Shown here piece after piece: positions 10,732-20,304 of a stretch of DNA of 64,000 nucleotides (position 1 is its first letter; each line of letters opens with the position of its first letter). The notes beneath the pieces were generated by a model, which made no database searches, was not told the origin of the DNA, and worked only from the letters and a program-made list of their open reading frames with translations. A program made the position numbers and the translations under genes. The DNA comes from an uncultured Deferribacteres bacterium (GTDB lineage: Bacteria; Zhuqueibacterota; Zhuqueibacteria; Zhuqueibacterales; Geothermadaptataceae), in assembly GCA_964014485.1 (NCBI GenBank), contig CAXHAT010000010.1, positions 1-64,000 on the forward strand. Direction: 5' to 3'.

Positions 10732-11850
10732 ATGCAGAAAAAAGCCCTCTCTAGCGAAATCCTGTTCGGAGATCGCTCTATTCTCATCAAAACATCCCCA
10801 TCTTCTGACAACAAGGCGAGCATCTCGTCTCAGGTTTTTTCCAAAGACCGGTTGACCGATGAGCGCGTGCTAAAAATCGCCGACGAGCTTGACGAAAAGC
10901 AGCTTGAGCAACGTGTTCAAATCGCTCACGATGAAATCGTCTCTGAATTCAAGCTATGGGCGGAAATCAGCGAAAAAGTCCGCCAAGTCGGTCATGCAAC
11001 GTCATGTTATAAAACAGGCGTCGTGCTGCTTGAAAAAGGCTTTTTTGAAGAAGCGGCCGCGTTTCTGGAGCTGACTGTATCACTGGATTCTGAAATGGCG
11101 GAAGCTTTCCACGGGTTAGGCGCCGCACACGCAGCTTTGGGGCAATATGATCACGCAGAAAAAGCATATCAAGCTGGGCTCGCGTTGGCTCCAGGTTACG
11201 CGGATTTGATCGTCCGGTACGCGGCAATGTTGGCAAAGAACGGGCAGATCGACAAAGCGCTGGAACTTTTAAATTTGAAATTAGAAAACGATCAGGGAAG
11301 CGCTGTTCTTCACTATTTTTTAGCTGTCGTTTTGCTGCGACGAATCGCCTCCGCAACTGGGGACTTGAAGGAGAGTGATCTTCAGGAAATTCATCGGCAC
11401 TTCGAGCAAGCTTCACGAGCCAACGGCGCATTATTTAACGAACAATCCGCCAAAGCCGCTGAGAAGCTTGAGAAAAAAGAATTTGAAGAAGCGGCGGATA
11501 TCTATGAAAAAGCCTGCACTAACATGAACGGGTTATGGGATGCGACTATCGATCATGAATTTTATTTGAAATTCATGTACGGCGGGATGGGGAAAGACAA
11601 CGGTTTTGTTGAACAATACATCGGACGGCTCAAGAACGCTTCCGCCGAAGCGCCGGATTATGCCGACGTTCATAACAATCTTGGCGTTGCCTACTTGATC
11701 ATGTGTCGAAACCTGTTTCTGCAAGCTTTGGAAGAGTTTAGCGCGGCGCTTGAAATAAACCCGGAATTCAAACGGGCGGCGAAAAACCTGAAACTCTCGG
11801 AAAACGACGGGAAAGGCTTTTTAATATTGCTGCGAGCGCTTTTGAAATAG
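10732..11850 (+). CDS. Tetratricopeptide repeat protein
   Basis: Several TPR units (AEAFHGLG, PGYADL, PDYADVHNNLGVAY, ALEINPEF). Confidence 0.85.
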   Translation: MQKKALSSEILFGDRSILIKTSPSSDNKASISSQVFSKDRLTDERVLKIADELDEKQLEQRVQIAHDEIVSEFKLWAEISEKVRQVGHATSCYKTGVVLLEKGFFEEAAAFLELTVSLDSEMAEAFHGLGAAHAALGQYDHAEKAYQAGLALAPGYADLIVRYAAMLAKNGQIDKALELLNLKLENDQGSAVLHYFLAVVLLRRIASATGDLKESDLQEIHRHFEQASRANGALFNEQSAKAAEKLEKKEFEEAADIYEKACTNMNGLWDATIDHEFYLKFMYGGMGKDNGFVEQYIGRLKNASAEAPDYADVHNNLGVAYLIMCRNLFLQALEEFSAALEINPEFKRAAKNLKLSENDGKGFLILLRALLK

Positions 11851-12228
11851 TGTTTGACGATAAAACACTTCGTGGACAAGGTGACACATTTTTGAAAGAT
11901 AATGACAGTTTGTTTACAGAACAATTCGCGCTTAGGAAACGATCTCACATTTTACGTTTCATTTCGGCATATAACGAGATTTCGATCAAAAATGAGACTT
12001 GAGAGCGGAAGGAGTGAGGTTTAACTTCAGAAAAAAGCCGGCGAAATGGGGGAGTGAAAGCAGAAAACAGCTCGGAAAATGGGCTGATTCTTTTTTAGCT
12101 TTTACGGCGCTACGCAAACCCCGCCCATTGGTATGTATTTTGCGTTTAAGCCAATGTGAAAAAAATGACGCGGAATATGCAAAATTCCGCTGAATCGCAC
12201 CATTTGCACTGCACCAGGAGGCCCCTTC

Positions 12229-12675
12229 ATGACATCCGTTCGAAAATTTGCGATTATCGCTTCCTGCCTGATTTTGACAAGCGCCCTGCAAGCGCGCGAA
12301 AACCAGATAAGCCTGGAAATTTTGCGACCTGAGCCGGGCAAAAAATCTCTCCTGAAACTCAAACTCAACCTGGAAAACGATCTCGGGAAAAGAGCTTCTT
12401 TCAACTTGGCATTTCCCGAAAAGTACGACCTGTCAAGCATGAAGATCGCCGGGTCTAAAAATTTAAAGGGCGGTTTTCAACTTTCCAAATCAGGTCAAAA
12501 CATATCCATCGTGAGAAAAGGCGGGGGCGCGGCGGCGATTGCCGGAAGCGATGTTGAAATCATTTTTGGAACGATTACCGTCCCTGGCGAAAACGCGCCG
12601 AAGTCCGTCGAAATCACGATTGAATTCAACAGCGAATCGCAAAAGTCACACAAAGAAACGCTTACAATACAGTAA
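12229..12675 (+). CDS. Small secreted beta-sandwich protein, paralogous to the N-terminal domain of the downstream giant protein
   Basis: AGGAGG RBS; signal peptide (ALQA); aligns by eye to residues ~35-140 of the 2535-aa protein. Confidence 0.8.
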   Translation: MTSVRKFAIIASCLILTSALQARENQISLEILRPEPGKKSLLKLKLNLENDLGKRASFNLAFPEKYDLSSMKIAGSKNLKGGFQLSKSGQNISIVRKGGGAAAIAGSDVEIIFGTITVPGENAPKSVEITIEFNSESQKSHKETLTIQ

Positions 12676-12696
12676 CATCAGCGCCGGACAGACAAC

Positions 12697-15600
12697 ATGA
12701 TCAGGACGATTTGGCAACATAGCGCTAAGGAATGGCTCGTTAAACTGCTTTTGGGAGCAAGCGTCGGCTTGTTCGCGACAACGATTTACGCACGCGGTCT
12801 GGATGATATTAACGTGACTCCGGATGATCCGCGCGCAGGCGAGAACGACCTCTATTTCATCAGTTTTCATTCCGATTCATACACCATCACCCCGACGGAT
12901 TCTTTCAATTTTGTGTTTCCTGATGGGTTTGATCTCTCCACAGCCGTGGTTGTTGACGCCAATGACGCCGTTGACGGCGGTCTTGGATTTATCAAAGTCG
13001 GGCAACGAATTTCCGTATTTCGCGACGGTACAGGCTCGCCGATTTCAGCGGGAACAACCGTGCTCATCGCGCTTGGGACAATTGGAAATCCGCAGCGCGC
13101 GGATCCGTATACAATTACAATTTCTGTCAGCGACGCCGGAGGGACGGTTCACGAAGGGCCTTCGATCTCAAATGTTTTTAATATTGGCGCCGCGGACCTT
13201 GATCATTTTGCAATAGTCGCGACGGATGACGGCGTCATTCCCGACCAGACAGCCGGTGCAAGCTTCGACGTAAAAATCATCGCGCAGGATTTGTTCGATA
13301 ATACAGTCACAAGCTTTGTTGGTACAGCGGCGCTCAGCGATCCATCAGGCACGATTTCTCCAACGACGACGACGGCTTTCACGGGTGGCGTCTTGACTCC
13401 GTTTTCCGTCAGTATCACGGAATCGCAGGCCGCCGCGACGATTACGGCGACCGGCGGCGGAGAAGCCGGCGTCTCAAACACTTTTGCGATCAATCCCGGT
13501 AACGTTGCAAGTTTTTCCTTTTCAGAAATCATCGGCCCAAAAGCCTCAGGCGTAGGTTTCGACGTTTCAATCTCCGCACTGGACGCTTTTGGAAATGTAG
13601 CGACCGGCTTTTCGGGAACCGCAAATTTAACGGACGATACGGGCACGATAACCCCGGCGGTCAGCGCTGCGTTTACGGCGGGCGTTTTGGGGACGCAAAC
13701 GGTGACGATTTCTCAAGCGCAAGACGACGTGACCATCACGGCGGAAAACGGTGGGAACAGCGGACAGTCCAATGCTTTCGATGTTGAGCACGGCGCCTTG
13801 AGTCAATACCAAGTCTCAACGATTTCGAGTCCGCAAGCTGTCGGCGTGCCTTTTGAAATCATCATCACGGCTCAGGACGCGAACGGAAACACCGTTGAGA
13901 ATTTCAACGGAACGGTGACGATGGCCCCGAGCGCGGGTACGATGACTCCGACGGCCAGCGGCAGTTTTATCAACGGCGTTCGAGCGCAGCAAGTGACGGT
14001 TTTCGCCGCGCAAAGCGGGCTGACGATTTCCGTTGATGACGGCGCTAACATCGGCGTTTCGAACGGCTTTGACGTAACCGCCGGGCCGCACGCAACTTTT
14101 GCCGTAACGAATTTGAGCGGGGGGAATATTGGCACGCAGCAAGCTGGGCAGGCTTTTAATATTCGTATCGAAGCCCAGGACGATTTCGGCAACGTCGTCG
14201 CGGGTTTTAACGGCGTGGCTTCGCTTTCCATACCAACGGGCGTGATTTCGCCTTCGACGACCAGCAATTTCACCAACGGCGTTTTGGCGGCGCAAGCCGT
14301 ATCCATCAGTCAATCGCAAACGGGCGCGACAATTACGGCCAGCGACAATGGGATTTCCGGCAGTTCGAATCCTTTCGATGTTGCGGTCGGCAATCTGTTT
14401 CGCGTGCTGGTGCGGGATCAGCCGGGCGGCGCCGGCAATGAAATTTCTCCAATGACTTTGACGGCGGACGACGAACTGACGGTTTTTGCGGCGGGTTACG
14501 ACACCGGCGACAATTTTGTCGGCGACCAAAACGTGACTTGGGTGCTCGACGGCTTGAACGGTGAATCAAATTCCGGTTCGGGAACTTCTTTTACTTTTAG
14601 ACCGACGACGGCGAACGCCAACGGGACAACCACCGGAACCATTCGCGCGGATCACCCCACGGCGGTGGACGGGCAAACTGGAACGCTGACAATTTTGCCG
14701 GGGCTTGCGGCCAGTTCTCTCACATTGACCCCGTCTGCGACTTCGCTCCCCGCCGACGGCCAGAGTTTATCCATTATTTCTTCAAACCCGGTGCTGGACA
14801 GCGACGGCAATCCCGTGGGCGCAGGTAGACAGTTTACCGTCAACGTGCTGCCTGACGAAACCGCCGGGTCGATCATTTCAGCGGACGTCAATCCGTCATT
14901 GCCGGGAAAACAGGTGCAAACGGACGCCTCGAGTTTGCTTAGCATGACATTTCAGGCAAGCACGACTGGAGGAAACGCGCTCATTTCGGCGAACGCCGTC
15001 GGCGCTTTTTCAACCGGCCAGACGACGATCAATGTCGGCAGCATCGATTTGCTCGACATAACCGCGCCTTTGAAAGTTTCACGCGGACAAAACGGCGCCA
15101 TCGTCAATATGTCGGTGCGTAACATCGGGGCTTCCGAATTTATCGTAGGCAGCGCGGACGTCGATTTCTCCATTGACGGCAACGATGAGAGCGCGAATTA
15201 TACGGAAACGCGCGTGGACGGGATAACGACCATTCCAGGCGGTCAAACCAAAGTCTTGCAATTCAGCGTCAACGTCAGCAATCAGGCGACGCTTGACACT
15301 GTCCTGATCGACGGCGCCGTCAGCGGCACAATTAACGGCAATCCGGTTTCTGACAATGTGGTGCAAACCACCGCTGAGTGGATTGTTCAGCAATCGGCTT
15401 CGGCAAATTTAATTACCGTCGTCGCCCCGGCCGCGGCCTCACAAGGGCAGGGCGGGCTGGAAATATCAGTGACCGCGCGCAACAACTTGGGCATTTCCCG
15501 CAGTGCGGATTTTTTGGTGGACGACGTTGATCTCACATTTCGCAACGGCGGCAACGACGTCACCTTGCAGTACAGCGTTTCACCGCGCCTGACCAATCCG

Positions 15601-18600
15601 GATACGATCAAAGGCAATTCCGAAGCGACGTTTTTCTTCGACGTTGGCGTCAACGGCACAGCGACGACCGGCGTTGTTACGATAAACGCGACCATTCAAG
15701 GCCGGGACGCGAACTCGAACAATATCGTTTCAGACAATGCCGCTGATTCGCCCGCAACCTGGCAAATTTCGCCCGGAGCCGCACTGCAAATAACGGCGAT
15801 TGAAACGCCCCAAAGCGTGACGGCGGGCTTGCAAGGTCCTTGGCAAATGGAAATGGTCGTGCAAAACAACGGCCCGACAGCCGTAAACATCGACATTGCC
15901 GACGACAGCACAGACGTCAAATTATTTCGCGGCATTACCAACGTCACCTCCGAATTTAACATTGTTCCCAGGCCGACTTTGAAAATTTCCGGGACGACGA
16001 CGCTGGCTTCCGGCGGCGTTGATCGCGTCGTTTTTGACGTCAACGGAACGACGCCGGTCTCTGGAGACGTAGTCGCGTTTGGCAGCGTCAAGGGCTTTGA
16101 TTCGGTAACCTCCGATCTCGTTTTTGACGATACGCAGGACGCTGGCGGTGGCTCTTTTGCCGTGCAATCGCCTGCTGACATGCGGATTAACGGCATTCCT
16201 CTTTCCCAAAATACGGTCACAGTCGGCCAAACGGAACTTTGGTTGATTGACGTAGCGGTGGAAAATATCGGACAGGCGGCGGTAAAGCTTGATTCATTCA
16301 AATTGGTGCTCTCAGACAATTCTCATACGATTACAGCGCCAACCACGCTTTTGATTTCCGGGACGGACACGCTCGCTGGCAATAGTTTAGACACCTTGCG
16401 CCACGTCGTTAACCAAACGAGCATAACGGCGGGACTGAACATCGTTGACGCTGCGGTCTATGGCCGCGAAATCAACCGCCAGACTTTTGTTAAAGATTCG
16501 ACTTCGGCGGCTGGCGGAAATCAAACGCAATTCGAAGTTCAAACGCCGGCTGATTTTCGCATTTTTACGACTTTCGTTGATCCGGTCACTTCGCCGAACG
16601 CGCCGTTTATCAATGTGAAAGACACGTTTGAAGTTGACGTGCATTTTGTGAACACAGGCCAGGAAACGGTCGAAGATTTGACCGTAAAATTGTCGCAGCC
16701 GGGCGATGGAAAATCGCAGATTTTGATCCCAACGCAGACGATCCCGGAGTTAACCCCAGGGCTGGGCGATACGGCGAAGTTCGTGGTTGTTGCCGACAGC
16801 ATTGTGACTGTAAACGAACGATTTTCGGCGAGCTTTCTTTCCGGTTTTTCCAAGAATACCGGTCTGGCGCTCAGCCCCGCCGCTGCAGCGGATTCAATCG
16901 CCGACGTCACCCTTCAGCTGCCTGCAGGTTTGAAAGTCGTTTCGGTGACGACTTCCGACACGGTCGTGAACGCCAACCAGACCAGCCCAAATTGGATTAT
17001 CAAAGTTGCCGTTCAAGACACCGGCAGCGCAGCAATTGTTTTAGACCCGCCTTCCGCTGACGATATTTCATTCGAGGTTAACGGATTAGCGCCGCTTCCC
17101 GGCGAATTTACTGTAGTTCCGCCAACTGGCTTGAAGCTTTCCGGTGATTTGGCGCTCAACAGCGGCGCGGTCGATACGCTGGAATATACCGTAACCCGAA
17201 CTGGGCCGAACGGCGGTACGGCGATCATTACCGCGGATATTTCCGGGCAGGATGCGAATGACCGGACGGCGTTGCAAGCGGCGGGCTCCGGCAGTGTTCG
17301 CATTGACGTGAGTGCGGCGGTTGGGATTACCGGAACGCGCGCCATCGTCAACGCTTTCAACGGCAGCGGCGTGGGTTTGGTGAATACGGCGCAAAGTTTT
17401 TTTATTCGCGTCTTCGTTCACAACACCAGCGTCGAGCCGATCAAAGACGTGAGCATTACGCTGACTTCGACGGGCGGATCATCGATTGTCAAGTCGACGA
17501 AGATCATCGATTCCCTCGCGATTCAATCAGCCGACTCTTTGACTTTCAGTATCAACGCCGACATCGTTCCGAACAGTATCGGCGAAGTGTTTACGGCTGT
17601 CATTGACAGTGCGACTGCAGTGAATTCTGGTGAAAAGGCCAGGATTAGCGCGCCGTTCGACCCGAATGAACGCGTGGTCATCCAGCGACCGGCTTCTCTT
17701 AAACTAAGCGCTCGTTCCGCTCCGGACGATGGGAAATTGACGCTGTCGCAAGAATTTACTGCTTACGTAGACGTCCAGAATCTCGGCGACGCTTCAGTTG
17801 ACTCCAGCGGGAAAGTCGAAATTACGGTTCCGCCCAATTACCAACTGGCGCTGGGAGAATTACAGGAAAAAGACCTGGTTGTTGGAGAAGAATTGGCTTG
17901 GCAAGTGATCGCCCCCGCCGTTACAAGCCTGCAGGACACGATCAGTTTTTTTATGACGCAAAAGCCGGTAGATCGCAATGCGAATTTAGCGGCGGAGGTC
18001 TTGCCCTTCAATGACGGCGACACGTTAATCGTTGACACGGACGAGCCTTCGCTGAGCGTGAGATCGCTTTCGGTGATTACGCCGGAAGGCGCGCGCAACG
18101 ATACGCTTTCAAGCGGGCAGGAGTTTGTCGTGCAAGGCGTTTTTGACGTCTCGGCGAACCTTTCTCAGGTGAAAGCGACGCTGGAATTGCCGCTCTCATA
18201 CGATTTTAAATTTGCCGACCGTGCTGTCGTTGACGTGCTCGACAGCCTCGCTTCCTGGACTTTGGAAGCGCCAATCGACGCGACGAATCGCGAAGACAAA
18301 ATCCTGGTGCGCGTTTTCAGCGAAGATGAAGAGATGCTGGAAAAAACGGACAGCCTGGGCGTGGTCACCATCTCTCGCGCACAACTAAAAATGAACCTCG
18401 ATTTGCTCGGGCCGAACGGCTTGATTGAAAACGGCAGCCTGACCCAAAACCAGCCGTTTACCTTCCGCGTTTCTCTTGAAAATATTGGTGAAGCGCAAAC
18501 AATTGAAGGCGATACGGCGATAGTGACGCTGGATTTTGGCGAGACGGGCGTACGCCGCGCGGATACGGGCGAGAGTTTGAACAAAAAGGTGGCTGTCGGC

Positions 18601-20304
18601 GGCGACGTTTCCTGGGACTTGATCGGCCCGGCGGAATTGACGGACCCGAAAGCGCTCGTGGTTACGATCAGCCAGATCCCGCGCGACGAGAACACAGGCG
18701 TTTCCGCTGCGATGTTTAATAACTCGCTTAAAGCTTCAATTCTCGTTGATACGCGCGAAGGCGGTTCGGTTCGGGCAGGCGTTATTTCAGTCGTTAGCCC
18801 GGCAGGCGCTGTAGACGGAACGGTCAGCACGGATCAAGCATTTACGGTTCAGGCGGAAGTTGAGTGGACGAACGCCAAAAATATCCAGGGCAGGATTATG
18901 CTTCCCGAAAGCGCGGGCTATGCCGTGGACGAGCCTGTGCGCGACCTCGGCGCTTCGGCCTTGACGGGGAACAGCGTGATCCAATGGACTGTCACAGCCC
19001 CGGCGCTGTCTCGCTCTGTTGAAGCCGTCAAAGTCCGTTTTACCGGCGTGGACGCATCCGATGACACACCGGATCAAGACGACACCAACGATTTGATGGT
19101 GACCGTGATGCGCGAGGCGCAGCTTTCTCTGATCACGGAGATTGTCGAGCCGCAAAACGCCGCGATTAACGGCACGGTGTCGCCGGATCAGAATTTTACC
19201 GTTCGTGCGTCGCTCGAAAATGCGGGCGAAGCCGACACGCTTGGCGTGGGAAGAATTCGAATCAATGTGCCGAACGGGTATGAATTGGTGCCGACGGATG
19301 ATTCGGAAGAAAAGACGACGGACAGCGGCTACGTTGAATGGGTTTTGCGCTCACCGGCCACTCCGACCTCCGGCCCGCGCAACATCACTTTTGTCGTTTT
19401 GGATGCTCCGCGCGACGAAAATACAGGCCAAATTTTGGCGCCGAACCTGAGCGATCCTTCGATCAGTATTTTGACCGAAAACAGCAAGCTGGAGCTGCGG
19501 CAGCTTGCTATGCAGCAAACGAGCGTAGTGGTGAAAGGCCAGCAAGACGTTGAAATGTTGAGCATGAAAGTGGAGAATATTGGCCGTGCAGGGACGAACA
19601 ATATCTTGCTCAAAGGGTTCATCCTCGATTTTCTGGATGCTGCGGGCGATCCTTTAAATGCCGATCAAGTCATCACTTCGTTAAGAGTCACGGCCTTCGA
19701 CGGAGCTGAATTCTTAAGCACCAGCGGAGGTTTGAACGCATCACAACTGATGCTCAATTTTGACGCGTTCAATGTTCTCGAACCGCAATTTCCAGACTCG
19801 TTACGCATTAGCGTGAACATAGCCGACAAGGACCAAATTGACAAGTTTATGATGCGGCTGAACGGCAGTCCCAGCATCCTTGCCGAAGATCAGGAAAACG
19901 GCAAGCCGGTCACGATTGAATTGATTGATCCGAGTAATAATCGGGGTGAAGATATTGAATTGCAATCTTCGCCCGCCATCCTTATTTCGAATGATTTTGC
20001 CGCAAGCTTCAGCAATCGACCTAATCCGTTTAACCCGGCAAACGGCCCGACGGTTTTTAGCTATAAATTGAATCAGGCTTCGAGCGGCGAATTGAATATT
20101 TATACGATGCTGGGCGAACTTGTCTGGCGCAAATCCTTTACTGCTACAGACCCTGAAGGTCGTCTTTTGGCGTTTCCAAATACGATTACCTGGGACGGAA
20201 AAAACGGCAAGGGACGCACGGTCTTAAACGGCGTTTATGTCGCGGTTTTGCGCTTGCAGGAAGGCGGTCAAACCGCTCATGTCAAGGTGGCGGTTGTAAG
20301 GTAA
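12697..20304 (+). CDS. Giant (2535 aa) secreted Ig-like repeat surface protein with C-terminal FlgD/T9SS-type sorting domain
   Basis: Signal peptide; four ~100-aa repeats (Q.AG..F...I.AQD.FGN....F.G...SN.FDV) then many beta-rich repeats; C-terminus NRPNPFNP...IYTMLGELV...ITWDGKN..G..V.NGVY...KVAVVR. Confidence 0.88.
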   Translation: MIRTIWQHSAKEWLVKLLLGASVGLFATTIYARGLDDINVTPDDPRAGENDLYFISFHSDSYTITPTDSFNFVFPDGFDLSTAVVVDANDAVDGGLGFIKVGQRISVFRDGTGSPISAGTTVLIALGTIGNPQRADPYTITISVSDAGGTVHEGPSISNVFNIGAADLDHFAIVATDDGVIPDQTAGASFDVKIIAQDLFDNTVTSFVGTAALSDPSGTISPTTTTAFTGGVLTPFSVSITESQAAATITATGGGEAGVSNTFAINPGNVASFSFSEIIGPKASGVGFDVSISALDAFGNVATGFSGTANLTDDTGTITPAVSAAFTAGVLGTQTVTISQAQDDVTITAENGGNSGQSNAFDVEHGALSQYQVSTISSPQAVGVPFEIIITAQDANGNTVENFNGTVTMAPSAGTMTPTASGSFINGVRAQQVTVFAAQSGLTISVDDGANIGVSNGFDVTAGPHATFAVTNLSGGNIGTQQAGQAFNIRIEAQDDFGNVVAGFNGVASLSIPTGVISPSTTSNFTNGVLAAQAVSISQSQTGATITASDNGISGSSNPFDVAVGNLFRVLVRDQPGGAGNEISPMTLTADDELTVFAAGYDTGDNFVGDQNVTWVLDGLNGESNSGSGTSFTFRPTTANANGTTTGTIRADHPTAVDGQTGTLTILPGLAASSLTLTPSATSLPADGQSLSIISSNPVLDSDGNPVGAGRQFTVNVLPDETAGSIISADVNPSLPGKQVQTDASSLLSMTFQASTTGGNALISANAVGAFSTGQTTINVGSIDLLDITAPLKVSRGQNGAIVNMSVRNIGASEFIVGSADVDFSIDGNDESANYTETRVDGITTIPGGQTKVLQFSVNVSNQATLDTVLIDGAVSGTINGNPVSDNVVQTTAEWIVQQSASANLITVVAPAAASQGQGGLEISVTARNNLGISRSADFLVDDVDLTFRNGGNDVTLQYSVSPRLTNPDTIKGNSEATFFFDVGVNGTATTGVVTINATIQGRDANSNNIVSDNAADSPATWQISPGAALQITAIETPQSVTAGLQGPWQMEMVVQNNGPTAVNIDIADDSTDVKLFRGITNVTSEFNIVPRPTLKISGTTTLASGGVDRVVFDVNGTTPVSGDVVAFGSVKGFDSVTSDLVFDDTQDAGGGSFAVQSPADMRINGIPLSQNTVTVGQTELWLIDVAVENIGQAAVKLDSFKLVLSDNSHTITAPTTLLISGTDTLAGNSLDTLRHVVNQTSITAGLNIVDAAVYGREINRQTFVKDSTSAAGGNQTQFEVQTPADFRIFTTFVDPVTSPNAPFINVKDTFEVDVHFVNTGQETVEDLTVKLSQPGDGKSQILIPTQTIPELTPGLGDTAKFVVVADSIVTVNERFSASFLSGFSKNTGLALSPAAAADSIADVTLQLPAGLKVVSVTTSDTVVNANQTSPNWIIKVAVQDTGSAAIVLDPPSADDISFEVNGLAPLPGEFTVVPPTGLKLSGDLALNSGAVDTLEYTVTRTGPNGGTAIITADISGQDANDRTALQAAGSGSVRIDVSAAVGITGTRAIVNAFNGSGVGLVNTAQSFFIRVFVHNTSVEPIKDVSITLTSTGGSSIVKSTKIIDSLAIQSADSLTFSINADIVPNSIGEVFTAVIDSATAVNSGEKARISAPFDPNERVVIQRPASLKLSARSAPDDGKLTLSQEFTAYVDVQNLGDASVDSSGKVEITVPPNYQLALGELQEKDLVVGEELAWQVIAPAVTSLQDTISFFMTQKPVDRNANLAAEVLPFNDGDTLIVDTDEPSLSVRSLSVITPEGARNDTLSSGQEFVVQGVFDVSANLSQVKATLELPLSYDFKFADRAVVDVLDSLASWTLEAPIDATNREDKILVRVFSEDEEMLEKTDSLGVVTISRAQLKMNLDLLGPNGLIENGSLTQNQPFTFRVSLENIGEAQTIEGDTAIVTLDFGETGVRRADTGESLNKKVAVGGDVSWDLIGPAELTDPKALVVTISQIPRDENTGVSAAMFNNSLKASILVDTREGGSVRAGVISVVSPAGAVDGTVSTDQAFTVQAEVEWTNAKNIQGRIMLPESAGYAVDEPVRDLGASALTGNSVIQWTVTAPALSRSVEAVKVRFTGVDASDDTPDQDDTNDLMVTVMREAQLSLITEIVEPQNAAINGTVSPDQNFTVRASLENAGEADTLGVGRIRINVPNGYELVPTDDSEEKTTDSGYVEWVLRSPATPTSGPRNITFVVLDAPRDENTGQILAPNLSDPSISILTENSKLELRQLAMQQTSVVVKGQQDVEMLSMKVENIGRAGTNNILLKGFILDFLDAAGDPLNADQVITSLRVTAFDGAEFLSTSGGLNASQLMLNFDAFNVLEPQFPDSLRISVNIADKDQIDKFMMRLNGSPSILAEDQENGKPVTIELIDPSNNRGEDIELQSSPAILISNDFAASFSNRPNPFNPANGPTVFSYKLNQASSGELNIYTMLGELVWRKSFTATDPEGRLLAFPNTITWDGKNGKGRTVLNGVYVAVLRLQEGGQTAHVKVAVVR

